64,000 nucleotides of DNA, taken from NCBI GenBank assembly GCA_965219955.1, contig OZ244799.1:2272001-2336000 (forward strand). Direction: 5' to 3'. The notes beneath the pieces were generated by a model, which had not been told where the DNA came from, did not search any database, and saw only the letters and a list, made by a program, of their open reading frames with translations. Shown one piece after another: positions 18,611 to 28,836 of this stretch. The stretch comes from a bacterium (GTDB lineage Bacteria; UBA8248). The translations under genes were made by a program, and so were the position numbers. The number at the start of each line of letters is the position of its first letter. Position 1 is the first letter of the stretch.

Positions 18611-20062
18611 TTGGTGCAAAATCCGTACTCTGGTTTTACGTCGGCCCACTATCGTCGCGGGACGGTCATGGGCTTGACAGTCGCCGAAGCCTTCATGCTC
18701 GTGGCTTTCGTGTTGCTGATGCTGCTCGTGTTCTGGCGTCAGGAGATTGATGATGAGTACAAAGAGGCGCGTGAATTGACCGAGCGTCTTTCGCCCGAAG
18801 AACAAATGGCCATAGCAGATGCAAAAGATAAGGGTGAGTTGCGGGTACTGCTAATCGATCTCCGCAAGAAAGACATCGATATATCGAAGACAACCAAGGC
18901 GCTTCTCTCGGGTGCGGTTCCGGTTCAGCCTGCCCAACTTAATCAATTGAAATCCCGCGCCCGTCTTGTTGACGAAACGGAAATCCGCCGCCTCGCCGAG
19001 GCAGCGGCGGTTCTGCCACCGGAGCACAAAAGAACGCTCTCCAACTTGGTCTCGCTCTCCGAAGCCGGGGAATTGGTCGAAAAAGTAGCGGCACTTCAAG
19101 ACGTGCTTCAAAAACGAAGTGTTGATGAGATCGCAGACGCGCTCGCATTAAAGGACGCCGCCAAGCCGAACGATGAAGATATCTTAGAGTCACGGAAGAA
19201 GCGAGATTCGCAACTTCGCCGTATCGTCGAAGCCTCGGTGCGTTTGCCACTGGAGCAGAGGAAGAAGATCGCCGATATGGTCGAACGTGCTGAAGCCGGA
19301 GAGTTGGTTGAGAAGGTCGCAGCACTTCAAGATGTGCTTCGAGATAAGAGCGCTGATGAGATATCGAAAGCGCTCGATTTGAGGGAGCATCTGGACCCCA
19401 AGGGTACGACAAGCAACGAAGGATTAAAAAAAATGATTCGAAACCTGCGCGCACAAGCTGCGCGGGTCCGGGATCGACTCGTCAAAGAAGAACGTGCGCG
19501 AGAACAGCTTGTCACCGATCTGAAAACCAAACTCGGCGCTCAAATTGCCGAAGTTGGCGGGCGTATCGAAACCACGGGTAAAATCGTAGTGCCCGATAAG
19601 GTGCTCTTCACCAAGGGCGAGGCCGAAATCCGTTCTCAGTTGGCGAGCTTTCTAAGAGATTTTTGCCCGCACTGGCTTGCTACGCTGAGGAAGTCTGAAA
19701 CGAAAGCCGATATCGGCGAAATTCGGATTGAAGGCCATTCCTCTTCGGAGTGGATCAGCGCGGATACGCCGCAGAAGGCTTGGGTATTGAATCTCGACTT
19801 ATCGCAGCGCCGTGCGCAGGCTGTGCTTGAACGGTGCCTGAGCCTCGTCGCCGGTAGCGCACTTGGAGACTGGGCTCGCAAGAAACTCACGGCGGTCGGT
19901 TACTCCTCCTCGCGGCCTGTAATCGCAAATGGTGGTGAAGACCTGCGGCTGTCGCGGCGCGTTGTTTTCGGCGCGGAACCCAGCCGTGAAAAGTTACTCA
20001 GGGAGATTGGCGGCGACGTCAAAGCCTCGCCAGCGCGAGTTCCTAACGCAGCACGCCCATAA
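18611..20062 (+). CDS. MotB/ZorB-like protein with C-terminal OmpA-like domain (operon gene 4)
   Basis: N-terminal TM; IRIEGHSS, LNLDLSQRRAQAV, GYSSSRP, SRRVVF. Confidence 0.8.
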   Translation: MVQNPYSGFTSAHYRRGTVMGLTVAEAFMLVAFVLLMLLVFWRQEIDDEYKEARELTERLSPEEQMAIADAKDKGELRVLLIDLRKKDIDISKTTKALLSGAVPVQPAQLNQLKSRARLVDETEIRRLAEAAAVLPPEHKRTLSNLVSLSEAGELVEKVAALQDVLQKRSVDEIADALALKDAAKPNDEDILESRKKRDSQLRRIVEASVRLPLEQRKKIADMVERAEAGELVEKVAALQDVLRDKSADEISKALDLREHLDPKGTTSNEGLKKMIRNLRAQAARVRDRLVKEERAREQLVTDLKTKLGAQIAEVGGRIETTGKIVVPDKVLFTKGEAEIRSQLASFLRDFCPHWLATLRKSETKADIGEIRIEGHSSSEWISADTPQKAWVLNLDLSQRRAQAVLERCLSLVAGSALGDWARKKLTAVGYSSSRPVIANGGEDLRLSRRVVFGAEPSREKLLREIGGDVKASPARVPNAARP

Positions 20063-20086
20063 GGGCGGCTCGCGAGCCGCCCCTAC
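20062..20086. repeat. REP palindrome, exact inverted copy of 14900-14924
   Basis: AGGGCGGCTCGCGAGCCGCCCCTAC. Confidence 0.8.
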
Positions 20087-20565
20087 AAAATCACACCCCT
20101 CATCCCACGATTTTGCCTCGCATTTGCCCGCATTTGCCGTTCTGCCTGACATCACGAAACCCGCTATCGTGCGCTCGGCGCGGGGAAGTGGTTTGTTCCT
20201 CGGCGAATTGACGCGCAGGGAGAGAAGGCTTTCTGATGGAATTAGGTCAAGGGGTGGGAATGAAGGCTTTGAACACACCCTCTCCTGCCGCGTTCGACAC
20301 TCCCTCATCGCTCGAGTCAACCACCGCGAAGAAAAGAGTTGCGCTCATAGATGCAAGGATAGCGATGGAAATGAAAATAATGATATTTTCGATAAAATTG
20401 GATAAATTCACGATGTTTTTCGATAAATTCCTGAAAATTGTTTCTTATGTAACTGGTTGTAATACAAAGAATTGCCTTCAAACCCGGCGCAATACACCCG
20501 GATTCGGCGGCAAAAAAGTTTTTCAGGCTTCCACGCATTTCCCCGCAACAGCCCGCATTTGCGCG

Positions 20566-21357
20566 CTATGCGCCGCCGGCCTCTATCTCTCCTTTGGGCG
20601 CGTCACCCCCGTCCGGCTGCCTGTCCACGAAGGGCTTGAGCAGGTCGAGCGGCAAGGGGAAGACGATGGTCGAGTTGTTCTCGGTGGCGACTTCCGAGAG
20701 CGTCTGCAGGAAGCGGAGCTGGAGCGCGCCCGGGGCCGTGGCGATGGTGGCGGCGGCCTCTGCCAGCCGCTCGCTCGCCTGGTATTCGCCCTCCGCGTGG
20801 ATGACCTTGGCGCGGCGCTCGCGCTCGGCCTCGGCCTGGCGGGCGATGGCGCGCTGCATCTCGCCGGGAAGGTCCACGTGCTTGAGCTCCACGTTGGTGA
20901 CCTTGATGCCCCAAGGGTCGGTGGCGTGATCGAGAAGCTCCTGGAGCTGGGTGTTGATCTTCTCGCGCTCGGAGAGCAGATCGTCCAAATCCATCTGGCC
21001 GAGCACGCTCCGGAGCGTCGTCTGGCTCAACTGGCCCGTGGCGTAGAGGAAATCCTCCACCTCGATGATCGCGCGCTCGGGCGTCAGTACGCGGAAGTAG
21101 ACCACGGCGTTCACCTTCACCGACACGTTGTCCTTCGTGACGATGTCCTGCGGGGGCACGTCCATCGTCACCAGCCGCAGGCCCACGCGGGTCATGCGGT
21201 CGATCACCGGAAGCACGATAATGAGGCCGGGCCCTTTCGTGGAGTGGAACCGGCCCAGCCGGAAGATGACGCCGCGCTCGTATTCGTTCAGCACGCGGAT
21301 GGCGCTCGCCAGGAACAGCAAGATGATGATGGCGGCGATGATCAAGCTCCAATTCAT
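20566..21357 (-). CDS. SPFH/stomatin (slipin) family protein
   Basis: [38 protein letters not shown]. Confidence 0.95.
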   Translation of the reverse strand: MNWSLIIAAIIILLFLASAIRVLNEYERGVIFRLGRFHSTKGPGLIIVLPVIDRMTRVGLRLVTMDVPPQDIVTKDNVSVKVNAVVYFRVLTPERAIIEVEDFLYATGQLSQTTLRSVLGQMDLDDLLSEREKINTQLQELLDHATDPWGIKVTNVELKHVDLPGEMQRAIARQAEAERERRAKVIHAEGEYQASERLAEAAATIATAPGALQLRFLQTLSEVATENNSTIVFPLPLDLLKPFVDRQPDGGDAPKGEIEAGGA

Positions 21358-22722
21358 TTATCCACCCTCCTTCTCGACGCGGAGTCTGAGGCCCTCCACA
21401 GAGACCACGCGGACTTTGTCCCCGACTTCCAGGGGTTCGCCCGAGTCCGCCATCCATATCTCGCCGTGCACCCGAACCTGGGCCGGCGACCCTTCCCCGG
21501 ATAATGCGCTCACGACGCCGGACTGGTCGAGCATTCCCTCCGAACCCGAGACCGGCCGCACCCGCTGGGCGCGAAAGCCCATTCCCACGAGCCAGACGAA
21601 GAAAAAGGCCGTTCCGGCGACCGCGGGCAGGATCACCTTCAGGCTGATTTGCAGGTAGGGGTCCGGCGAATCGATGAGCATGACCGAGCCGAGCGTCATG
21701 GCGATGATTCCGCCGATGGTCAGACCCCCGTAGCTGACCACCTGGATCTCCAGGAGAAACATGATGACGGCAAGTCCCATCAAGAGAAGCCCCACGTAGT
21801 TCACCGGCAGGACCTTGAGCGCATACAGCGCCAGGAGCAGGCTGATGGCCCCCACCACGCCGGGCAGGATGGAGCCTGGATTCGAAAGCTCGAAGAACAG
21901 CCCGTACATCCCCAGAAGCATCAGGATGTAGGCGATGTTGGGGTCGCTCAAGAGGGTGAGCACTTTCTGGCGCCAGCTTCGCTCGAGCACGATTTGCGCG
22001 GCGCCCCTGGTCGAGAGGGTGACGGTGTCGCCGCTCGCGAGTTTTATCTTTTTCCCGTCGACCGCCAGCAGAAGGGAGCGCACGTCCGCCGCCACCAGGT
22101 CGATGACCTTTTGCTTCAGGGCTTCGGCCTCATCCACGGATATCGCCTCGCGGACCGCGCTCTCCGCCCATTCGATGTTGCGCCCGGTGCGCGAGGCCAC
22201 CGCCCGCGCGAAGGCAGCCACGTCGTTCATCGCCTTTTTGCGCATATCGCCCTGAATCTGCTTCCCCCCGCCCGATACGGGCGAAGCGGCGCCGATGTTC
22301 GTGCCCGGCGCCATGGCGGCGATGTGGGCCGACATGGTGATGAACGTGCCGGCGGAGGCGGCCCGCGCCCCTCCCGGAGCGACGTATACCGCCACGGGAA
22401 CGCCCGCGCCGAAAATCGCCTTCACGATGTCGCGCGTGCTGGTAACCAGACCGCCGGGGGTATCGAGGCGAACAACGAGAAGCTGCGCCCCCCTCCTGGA
22501 AGCTTCTTCGATGCCGAACGTGATGTACTCCGAAGTGCCGGGCGATATGGCGTCCGCCACGTCCAGCACGACGACGGGAGGCGTCTTCTGCGCGGCGGTG
22601 GCATGGTAGATGGTCAGCATCGCACCGACCGTCACCAGAGCGAGCAGAACCGCCAAATGGATTCGTTTGTAAAGCTTCCTTCGCATCCCATACCTCAAAA
22701 GCGGCTGGAACATTGGGCGCAT
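21358..22722 (-). CDS. nfeD: NfeD membrane-bound serine protease
   Basis: LDTPGG, ARAASAG, APGTNIGAA, TM region, C-terminal OB (VHGEIW); adjacent to SPFH gene. Confidence 0.92.
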   Translation of the reverse strand: MRPMFQPLLRYGMRRKLYKRIHLAVLLALVTVGAMLTIYHATAAQKTPPVVVLDVADAISPGTSEYITFGIEEASRRGAQLLVVRLDTPGGLVTSTRDIVKAIFGAGVPVAVYVAPGGARAASAGTFITMSAHIAAMAPGTNIGAASPVSGGGKQIQGDMRKKAMNDVAAFARAVASRTGRNIEWAESAVREAISVDEAEALKQKVIDLVAADVRSLLLAVDGKKIKLASGDTVTLSTRGAAQIVLERSWRQKVLTLLSDPNIAYILMLLGMYGLFFELSNPGSILPGVVGAISLLLALYALKVLPVNYVGLLLMGLAVIMFLLEIQVVSYGGLTIGGIIAMTLGSVMLIDSPDPYLQISLKVILPAVAGTAFFFVWLVGMGFRAQRVRPVSGSEGMLDQSGVVSALSGEGSPAQVRVHGEIWMADSGEPLEVGDKVRVVSVEGLRLRVEKEGG

Positions 22723-22767
22723 CTTAACACAAAGTGGTACGTTGGTATCGCCCCATGCACCAGGCCG

Positions 22768-24105
22768 TTATTCATCCAATTCGAGCAACACCTCATCCAG
22801 GATGCCGACGGCCGTATCGACCTGGGCCTCGTCGATAATTAGGGGAGGCAAAAACGCGAGGACGTTCCCGTGGTGTCCACCCGGATAGATGAGAAGGCCC
22901 TTTTTCAAGGCCATGTCACTCGCCTTCTTGGCGACGCTCAAGGGTTCGCGCGTCGCCCGGTCGGAAACCAACTCGGCCGCTATCATCAACCCGCGCCCGC
23001 GAACCTCGCCGACGATGGAATGGCGCTCCGACAGCTCCTCCAGCCTTCTCAGGAAATAAGAACCCATCTCCAGGGAGCGTTCGGAGAGGTTCTCCTCTTC
23101 ATACACCTCGATGGAAGCCAGGCCGGCGGCGCACGCCATGACGTTTCCGGCGTAGGTGCTGCTCTCGGTTCCGGGATTCGAAGCATCCGCGATTTCTTTT
23201 TTCGCAACGCAGGCGGCAAGAGGCAATCCGCCCGAAATCGATTTTCCCATCACGACCAGATCGGGTTCGACCTCTTCATACTGGTAGGCGAACATCTTTC
23301 CCGTGCGGCAAAACCCGCTCATCACCTCATCGATGATGAGCAATACTCCGTGACGGTCACATACCTCGCGAAGCTCCTTCAAAAACCCGATGGGCGCCGG
23401 AATCATGCCGCCGTTTCCCTGAACCGGCTCGATGATGACGGCCGCCACATCGCCCCAGCCGCTCACGGGATTCTCGAGAAATTCATTGATGTAGCGAATC
23501 GTCCCCTCGGCGCATTTCTCCGGGCCATCACCGAAGGGGTTACGATAGGGGTATGGATAGGGAACGTGATGAACCCCCGGAACGAGCGTCCCGAGTCCTT
23601 CGCGCTGGTTTTTCCTGCCCATCAGGGCCACGGCCCCCAGGGTTCTGCCGTGGAACGCGCCCGTGAAGGCGACGATCTCATCGCGCCCCGTCGCCCGGCG
23701 GGCCATCTTGAGAGCGATCTCGGCCGCTTCGCTGCCCGAGGTGCCGAGGATCATGCTCTTAGGAGTTGCACCCGAATGCAGGGAGAGGACTTTATCCAGA
23801 AATTCGTTCCGCACCTTCGAGCCCAGCGACATGGCCTGATGGACCTGCTCCGCTTGTCTCTGCATCGCCGAGACGACTTTGGGATGGCAATGACCCGCGT
23901 TCAGGGATCCGAAACCGGCGACGAAATCCAGAAACAAATTGCCGTCGACGTCTTCGATCACCGCCCCTCGCGCGCGCTCGACCACGACGGTTTCGGGGCT
24001 CATCCCGAAGCTGAGGGCGGCGCGGCTCTCCGCTTTCCTGAGACGTTCAAGTTCCTTGCGGGTTTCGGGTCCTGGATGGGGAACAACAAATTTCGGCGCT
24101 TCCAA
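22768..24105 (-). CDS. Class III PLP aminotransferase (GabT-like)
   Basis: SGSEA, AFHGRT, EPVQGNGG, DEVMSGFCRTG, GKSISGG. Confidence 0.92.
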   Translation of the reverse strand: MEAPKFVVPHPGPETRKELERLRKAESRAALSFGMSPETVVVERARGAVIEDVDGNLFLDFVAGFGSLNAGHCHPKVVSAMQRQAEQVHQAMSLGSKVRNEFLDKVLSLHSGATPKSMILGTSGSEAAEIALKMARRATGRDEIVAFTGAFHGRTLGAVALMGRKNQREGLGTLVPGVHHVPYPYPYRNPFGDGPEKCAEGTIRYINEFLENPVSGWGDVAAVIIEPVQGNGGMIPAPIGFLKELREVCDRHGVLLIIDEVMSGFCRTGKMFAYQYEEVEPDLVVMGKSISGGLPLAACVAKKEIADASNPGTESSTYAGNVMACAAGLASIEVYEEENLSERSLEMGSYFLRRLEELSERHSIVGEVRGRGLMIAAELVSDRATREPLSVAKKASDMALKKGLLIYPGGHHGNVLAFLPPLIIDEAQVDTAVGILDEVLLELDE

Positions 24106-24265
24106 AGCAAACCCTCCTCGTTATTCACCAATATCTCTACCATATTCTGAAAGGCATTAGGAACGGTTCAAAAAATGCACTCGTAACGCGTGTCTTTCAA
24201 CTGTGATTGTTATAAGATGCAGCCCAAATGAAAGCCACCCACACCGAAGAAATATAGAGGCGCCC

Positions 24266-25519
24266 GTGAGCACAAACGCTTCCCCGAAGAAAATATATTA
24301 CGGCTGGTACATTCTGGCCGGTTGTTTCTCCATGATGTTTTTGGGTCTGGCGACCAGAAATTCATTCGGTCTTTTCTTGAAACCGATGATTGCGGATTTC
24401 AACATCAGCCGCGCTTCCTTGTCTCTCCCCTTTTCTCTTTGCCTGATTCTCTACGGCGCGTCACAACCATTGGGCGGGCTCATGATGCGCCGCTGGGACC
24501 CCAAAACGGTCATCATCTGGGGCTCGGCGTTGACGACCATCGCCATGCTGGGAATCTACTATGTCGACTCCCTGTGGGGCGTCTATCTGTTTTTCGGCAT
24601 TTTGCTGGGAATAGGAGGAATCGGCAACAGCGTGACCGCCTTCACCCCCCTGGTGTCGAACTGGTTCCCGGACAGGCGGGGGCTGGGCATGTCCATCATC
24701 AGCGCAGGCTCGAGCATGGGCCAGCTCATTTTGCTTCCCGTCTTCGCGTATATGATCGGCTATCTGGACTGGAGAATGACCTCGTTCGTCATCGGCGTCA
24801 TTTTCGTGTTCACCCTGATGCCCATATCGATCCTCCTCATCAAAAACGCGCCCACGTCCAGGGACGTCCCCCCGAGCGCGCCCACGTCCGGCAACGGCGT
24901 CAAGATGGTCGTCCCCTACGATGTACACTGGGTGCAGTGCCTTCCAAAGATGCCGTTCGTCCTCCTGCTCACGAGCTTTTTCACCTGCGGCTTCACCGTA
25001 ACGGTCGTCTCCGTCCACTGGGTGCCGTTTGCGACGGACGTAGGCTTTTCCGCGGCCGTCGCGGCCACGTCCTTCGCCCTGGGCGGCGGACTCAACACCG
25101 TGGGCGTTCTGGCCGTCGGTCCGCTTTCGGACAAAATCGGACGGAAAATCCCCTTGAGCCTGATCTACGCCTTCCGGGGGCTCGGGTTCATCCTTTTTAT
25201 CTTCTTCAAGAACGATTTCACCGTATGGGCCACGCCGATGATGATCGGCCTCTCCTGGATCGCGACCGTCCCGCTCACCTCGGCGTTGACGGGGGATTTC
25301 TTCGGCTCCAGGAACGTGGCGATTCTCTTCGGGCTCATCACGTTCAGCCACCAGCTCGGCTCGGGCCTGAGCGCCTGGCTGAGCGGATACATCTATGACG
25401 TGACGGGCAGCTACAACCTCGCATTCGCACTGGCGGCCTACCTTTGTCTCCAGGCGGCCGTGCTCGTCTCTTTCATCAACGAAAGAGAAGTCCGCGTCCC
25501 GCAAGTGGCCACGACGTAG
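24266..25519 (+). CDS. MFS transporter
   Basis: About 12 hydrophobic helices; WFPDRRG, G-x-LSDKIGRK. Confidence 0.9.
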   Translation: MSTNASPKKIYYGWYILAGCFSMMFLGLATRNSFGLFLKPMIADFNISRASLSLPFSLCLILYGASQPLGGLMMRRWDPKTVIIWGSALTTIAMLGIYYVDSLWGVYLFFGILLGIGGIGNSVTAFTPLVSNWFPDRRGLGMSIISAGSSMGQLILLPVFAYMIGYLDWRMTSFVIGVIFVFTLMPISILLIKNAPTSRDVPPSAPTSGNGVKMVVPYDVHWVQCLPKMPFVLLLTSFFTCGFTVTVVSVHWVPFATDVGFSAAVAATSFALGGGLNTVGVLAVGPLSDKIGRKIPLSLIYAFRGLGFILFIFFKNDFTVWATPMMIGLSWIATVPLTSALTGDFFGSRNVAILFGLITFSHQLGSGLSAWLSGYIYDVTGSYNLAFALAAYLCLQAAVLVSFINEREVRVPQVATT

Positions 25520-25651
25520 CACGGAATGAATGGAGTCCGAAAACCCCACACCGTGAAATGAACGTGCGAATTTGCCACCAGGAGAAGCCTTTGCAATAAT
25601 TCTTGCTCTTTCGGGCGAGGCCGGGCTTCGCCGTTTACTTTTGGTGAAGAG

Positions 25652-26995
25652 ATGGACTGCAACTGCTGGTTCCAATGCATAAACCCTGAATGCGAGGCGA
25701 CATACTCCATTTTCGACTCCATTTATCGGTGCCGTGAATGTGAGAGCCTCCTCGACGTCACCCACGATCTGGAAACCCTGCGCATGCGAAGCGCGTCGGA
25801 GTGGCGTCATCTGTTCGACGATCGCTACCAGCGCAATATTTGGCCGTACGGCAGCGGCGTTTGGGGCAAGAAAGAGTGGGTCTGCCCGCTGATAGACGAT
25901 GAGAACATCATCTCGTTCTACGAAGGGGGGACGAACCTTTTCTGGGCGAACCGTCTGGGTCGAGAACTCGGAATCGGTGAATTGTGGATCAAGCAATGCG
26001 GAAACAGCCACACCGGCTCTTTCAAGGACCTCGGCATGACGGTTCTCGTCTCCGCCGCGCAGCAGATGATAGCCGACGGGAAAAAACTTCGCGCCGTCGC
26101 CTGCGCATCGACGGGCGATACCTCCGCCGCATTGGCCGCGTACGCCGCGGCGGCCGATATCCCCGCCATCGTTTTTCTGCCGCGAGAAAAGGTTTCGATG
26201 GCGCAGCTCATTCAACCCATCACGAACGGCGCCGTGGTGCTCGCCATCGACACGGATTTCGACGGTTGCATGCGGATCGTGAAACAAGTGTGCGAGGAGC
26301 AGGGAATATACCTCGCCAACAGTATGAATTCGCTTCGGATCGAGGGGCAGAAAACCATCAGCATAGAACTCGTTCAGCAGTTCGACTGGGAGGTTCCCGA
26401 CCTCATCATCATTCCAGGCGGAAACCTGGGAAACGTGAGCGCGCTGGGCAAGGGTTTCATGCAGATGCGAGATTTGGGTCTTATCGACAAACTGCCCCGC
26501 ATCGTCTGCGCCCAGACGGAAAAGGCCAATCCCCTGTACAGAAGTTTCATGACCGGGTTCCGGGAATTCCAACCCATAGAGGCCGAACCGACGCTGGCGA
26601 CGGCCATCCAAATCGGGAATCCGGTGAGTATCGAAAGGGCCATCAGTACCCTGAAAGCATTCGAGGGTTCCGTGGAGCAGGCGAGCGAGGAAGAATTAGC
26701 GAACGCCGCCGCCCGCGCGGACAGAACCGGAATGTACAACTGCCCACAGACCGGCGTGGCATTGGCTGCTCTCGAAAAAATCATCGCGCGCGGAGAAATC
26801 AACCCTCAAGACCGGGTGGTCGTCATCTCTACGGCTCATGGGCTGAAGTTCACCGAATTCAAGGTCAATTATCACCAAAAAGCGATTCCGGGCATCGACA
26901 GCCGATTCGCCAACACTCCCATCGAACTTCCTGAAGACATCAACATGGTTCAAGATGCCATTGAGAAGAAACTCGGCGCATTGTCCGTAGGGTAG
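25652..26995 (+). CDS. thrC: Threonine synthase
   Basis: [44 protein letters not shown]. Confidence 0.95.
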   Translation: MDCNCWFQCINPECEATYSIFDSIYRCRECESLLDVTHDLETLRMRSASEWRHLFDDRYQRNIWPYGSGVWGKKEWVCPLIDDENIISFYEGGTNLFWANRLGRELGIGELWIKQCGNSHTGSFKDLGMTVLVSAAQQMIADGKKLRAVACASTGDTSAALAAYAAAADIPAIVFLPREKVSMAQLIQPITNGAVVLAIDTDFDGCMRIVKQVCEEQGIYLANSMNSLRIEGQKTISIELVQQFDWEVPDLIIIPGGNLGNVSALGKGFMQMRDLGLIDKLPRIVCAQTEKANPLYRSFMTGFREFQPIEAEPTLATAIQIGNPVSIERAISTLKAFEGSVEQASEEELANAAARADRTGMYNCPQTGVALAALEKIIARGEINPQDRVVVISTAHGLKFTEFKVNYHQKAIPGIDSRFANTPIELPEDINMVQDAIEKKLGALSVG

Positions 26996-27028
26996 CGTCC
27001 GTTCGGTTTTCATTGTTTCGCTCTACTC

Positions 27029-28204
27029 ATGAAACAGGAGATGAGTTCATTGTCGAAAAACATGAGAAGAGACGAGCGAAAACAGGCGAAAAAGTCGCTC
27101 GCGCCGCCTATCTTCCAGACTGCGACGTTCACCTTCGACAACCCGGACGAGCTGGAAGCCTTCCACAGCGGCGAGGCGGACGCGTTTTTCTATACGCGAT
27201 ACGGAAACCCGACGAACGAAGCCGCCGAACGCAGGCTGGCCCTCATGGAGGGCGCGGAAGCCTCTCTACTCTACGCCAGCGGCATGGCGGCCGTCTCCTC
27301 GGTATTTCTCTCGCTCCTGGCTCCGAAGGCGCGAATCGTCATCCCCCAGGAGAGCTATAGACATACGAGGGACATCGCAGAGGGTCTCCTCAACCGCTAC
27401 GGTGTATGCGTCGATATTCTGGCGGAAAATACGGCGGAATCCCTGGAAGCCCTGACGGACGGGACGGTACGCGTGCTGTTCGCGGAAATTCCCTCCAACC
27501 CCACGCTCCGCATACCGGATATCGAGAGAATGGCCGAATGGGCCAGGCAAAGAAGAGCCAGGTTTATCGTTGATTCGACCATCGCAACTCCCGCTCTGTT
27601 TCGTCCGCTGGAGCACGGGGCCGATTTGGCAATTCAAAGCGCAACGAAATACATCGGCGGGCACAACGATGTCGTGGCGGGCGTGGTTTCAGGGAGCTTG
27701 AACATCATCGACGCCCTGCGCGAACAACAAGCACTACTGGGTTCGATTCTCGGGCCTCAAGATGCGTTCCTCGTGGAGCGGGGACTCAAAACGCTCGAAT
27801 TGCGCGTTCAGCGCATCAGCGCCACGGCTCTCCAACTGGCCGAATTTCTCGAGGGCCACCCCAGGGTCTCCCGCGTTCACTACCCCGGCCTCGAGTCCCA
27901 CCCGGATCATCAGCGAGCCGTCCAGTATATGTCCGCGTTCGGCGGGATAGTCAGCTTTGAGCTTAATGGCAACGACGGAAGAGCCGACGAGTTGGTGAAC
28001 GCCCTTCAAATTCCTGTGCTCGCCCCGGGCTTCGGCGGCACGGAGAGCCAAGTGGAGCATCACGTAAAAATGGCGTATGCGGACATCGGGATAGAAGGCG
28101 CCGAGAACCGGGGCATTTCCGCAGGGTTGATTCGATATTCCGTGGGACTCGAAGATTTTGAGGTTTTACGAGATGACCTCAGCGAGGGACTCAAGAAACT
28201 ATAG
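27029..28204 (+). CDS. Cys/Met metabolism PLP enzyme (cystathionine gamma-synthase-like)
   Basis: YTRYGNPT, SGMAA, SATKYIGGHND, IRYSVGLED. Confidence 0.9.
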   Translation: MKQEMSSLSKNMRRDERKQAKKSLAPPIFQTATFTFDNPDELEAFHSGEADAFFYTRYGNPTNEAAERRLALMEGAEASLLYASGMAAVSSVFLSLLAPKARIVIPQESYRHTRDIAEGLLNRYGVCVDILAENTAESLEALTDGTVRVLFAEIPSNPTLRIPDIERMAEWARQRRARFIVDSTIATPALFRPLEHGADLAIQSATKYIGGHNDVVAGVVSGSLNIIDALREQQALLGSILGPQDAFLVERGLKTLELRVQRISATALQLAEFLEGHPRVSRVHYPGLESHPDHQRAVQYMSAFGGIVSFELNGNDGRADELVNALQIPVLAPGFGGTESQVEHHVKMAYADIGIEGAENRGISAGLIRYSVGLEDFEVLRDDLSEGLKKL

Positions 28205-28206
28205 CA

Positions 28207-28836
28207 TCAACTTTTGCCGCCTTTGTGGTTCGGAGCCTGTTCCGTGAGCCAGCGTGTGCGCACCCACATTCTCTTTCCTTCCCAGCGACCGGATTTCACC
28301 TCCACCCGGGTGAAACCACGCTGATCGCCGGAAATAACGGATACACGCGTTCCGGGCTTGAGTTGGAAGGGATATCGAGAGCCGCGCGGCTTGTCATAGC
28401 CTCCCGCATAACTCAGAAACAGCCCCCGGTATGTACGGCGGATATATCTGGTGCCCGCGCGCATTTCGCTTTGATTGGCAGCCTTTGCCGTGGATTCTTT
28501 CTTGTGTTCCGGCTTTGGAGAAACCATCGCCTGAGCGGGCTTCGCCTTTAATCCCTTCACCGCTTTCTCGACATTCGATACCGTATCACGAAGCTGCAGT
28601 TTGAACTCGTTCAACGACTTGCCATGATTCGCCAAAATTTGCGTGTGCGCAAGAAGCTGGCTGCGGATCGCACTGACTTCCTTTTGGCTTTGCTCCTTGT
28701 CCTCCTGGTAATCAGTTTGCATCACCACGAAGCTGCAACCAGATAACACAGCCATCAGACCGCAAATAAACACCATGCGTAATTTGAGATGCCTCTCGCC
28801 CAGTGATTTGATCGTTCGACCAAGCCTCCGATTCAT
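28207..28836 (-). CDS. Putative lipoprotein with coiled coil and C-terminal SH3-like region
   Basis: LSGC lipobox after a hydrophobic stretch; C-terminal beta-rich segment ending WVRTRWL; start uncertain. Confidence 0.6.
   Translation of the reverse strand: MNRRLGRTIKSLGERHLKLRMVFICGLMAVLSGCSFVVMQTDYQEDKEQSQKEVSAIRSQLLAHTQILANHGKSLNEFKLQLRDTVSNVEKAVKGLKAKPAQAMVSPKPEHKKESTAKAANQSEMRAGTRYIRRTYRGLFLSYAGGYDKPRGSRYPFQLKPGTRVSVISGDQRGFTRVEVKSGRWEGKRMWVRTRWLTEQAPNHKGGKS

Noticed and set aside
17543-20062. Flagellar motAB or exbBD/tolQR
   Set aside because: Long coiled-coil extensions, atypical partner genes and no flagellar, TonB or Tol context.
20566-22722. NfeD/SPFH pair as part of the Zorya-like operon
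   Set aside because: Opposite strand, higher GC, outside the REP pair, and a widespread housekeeping pair.
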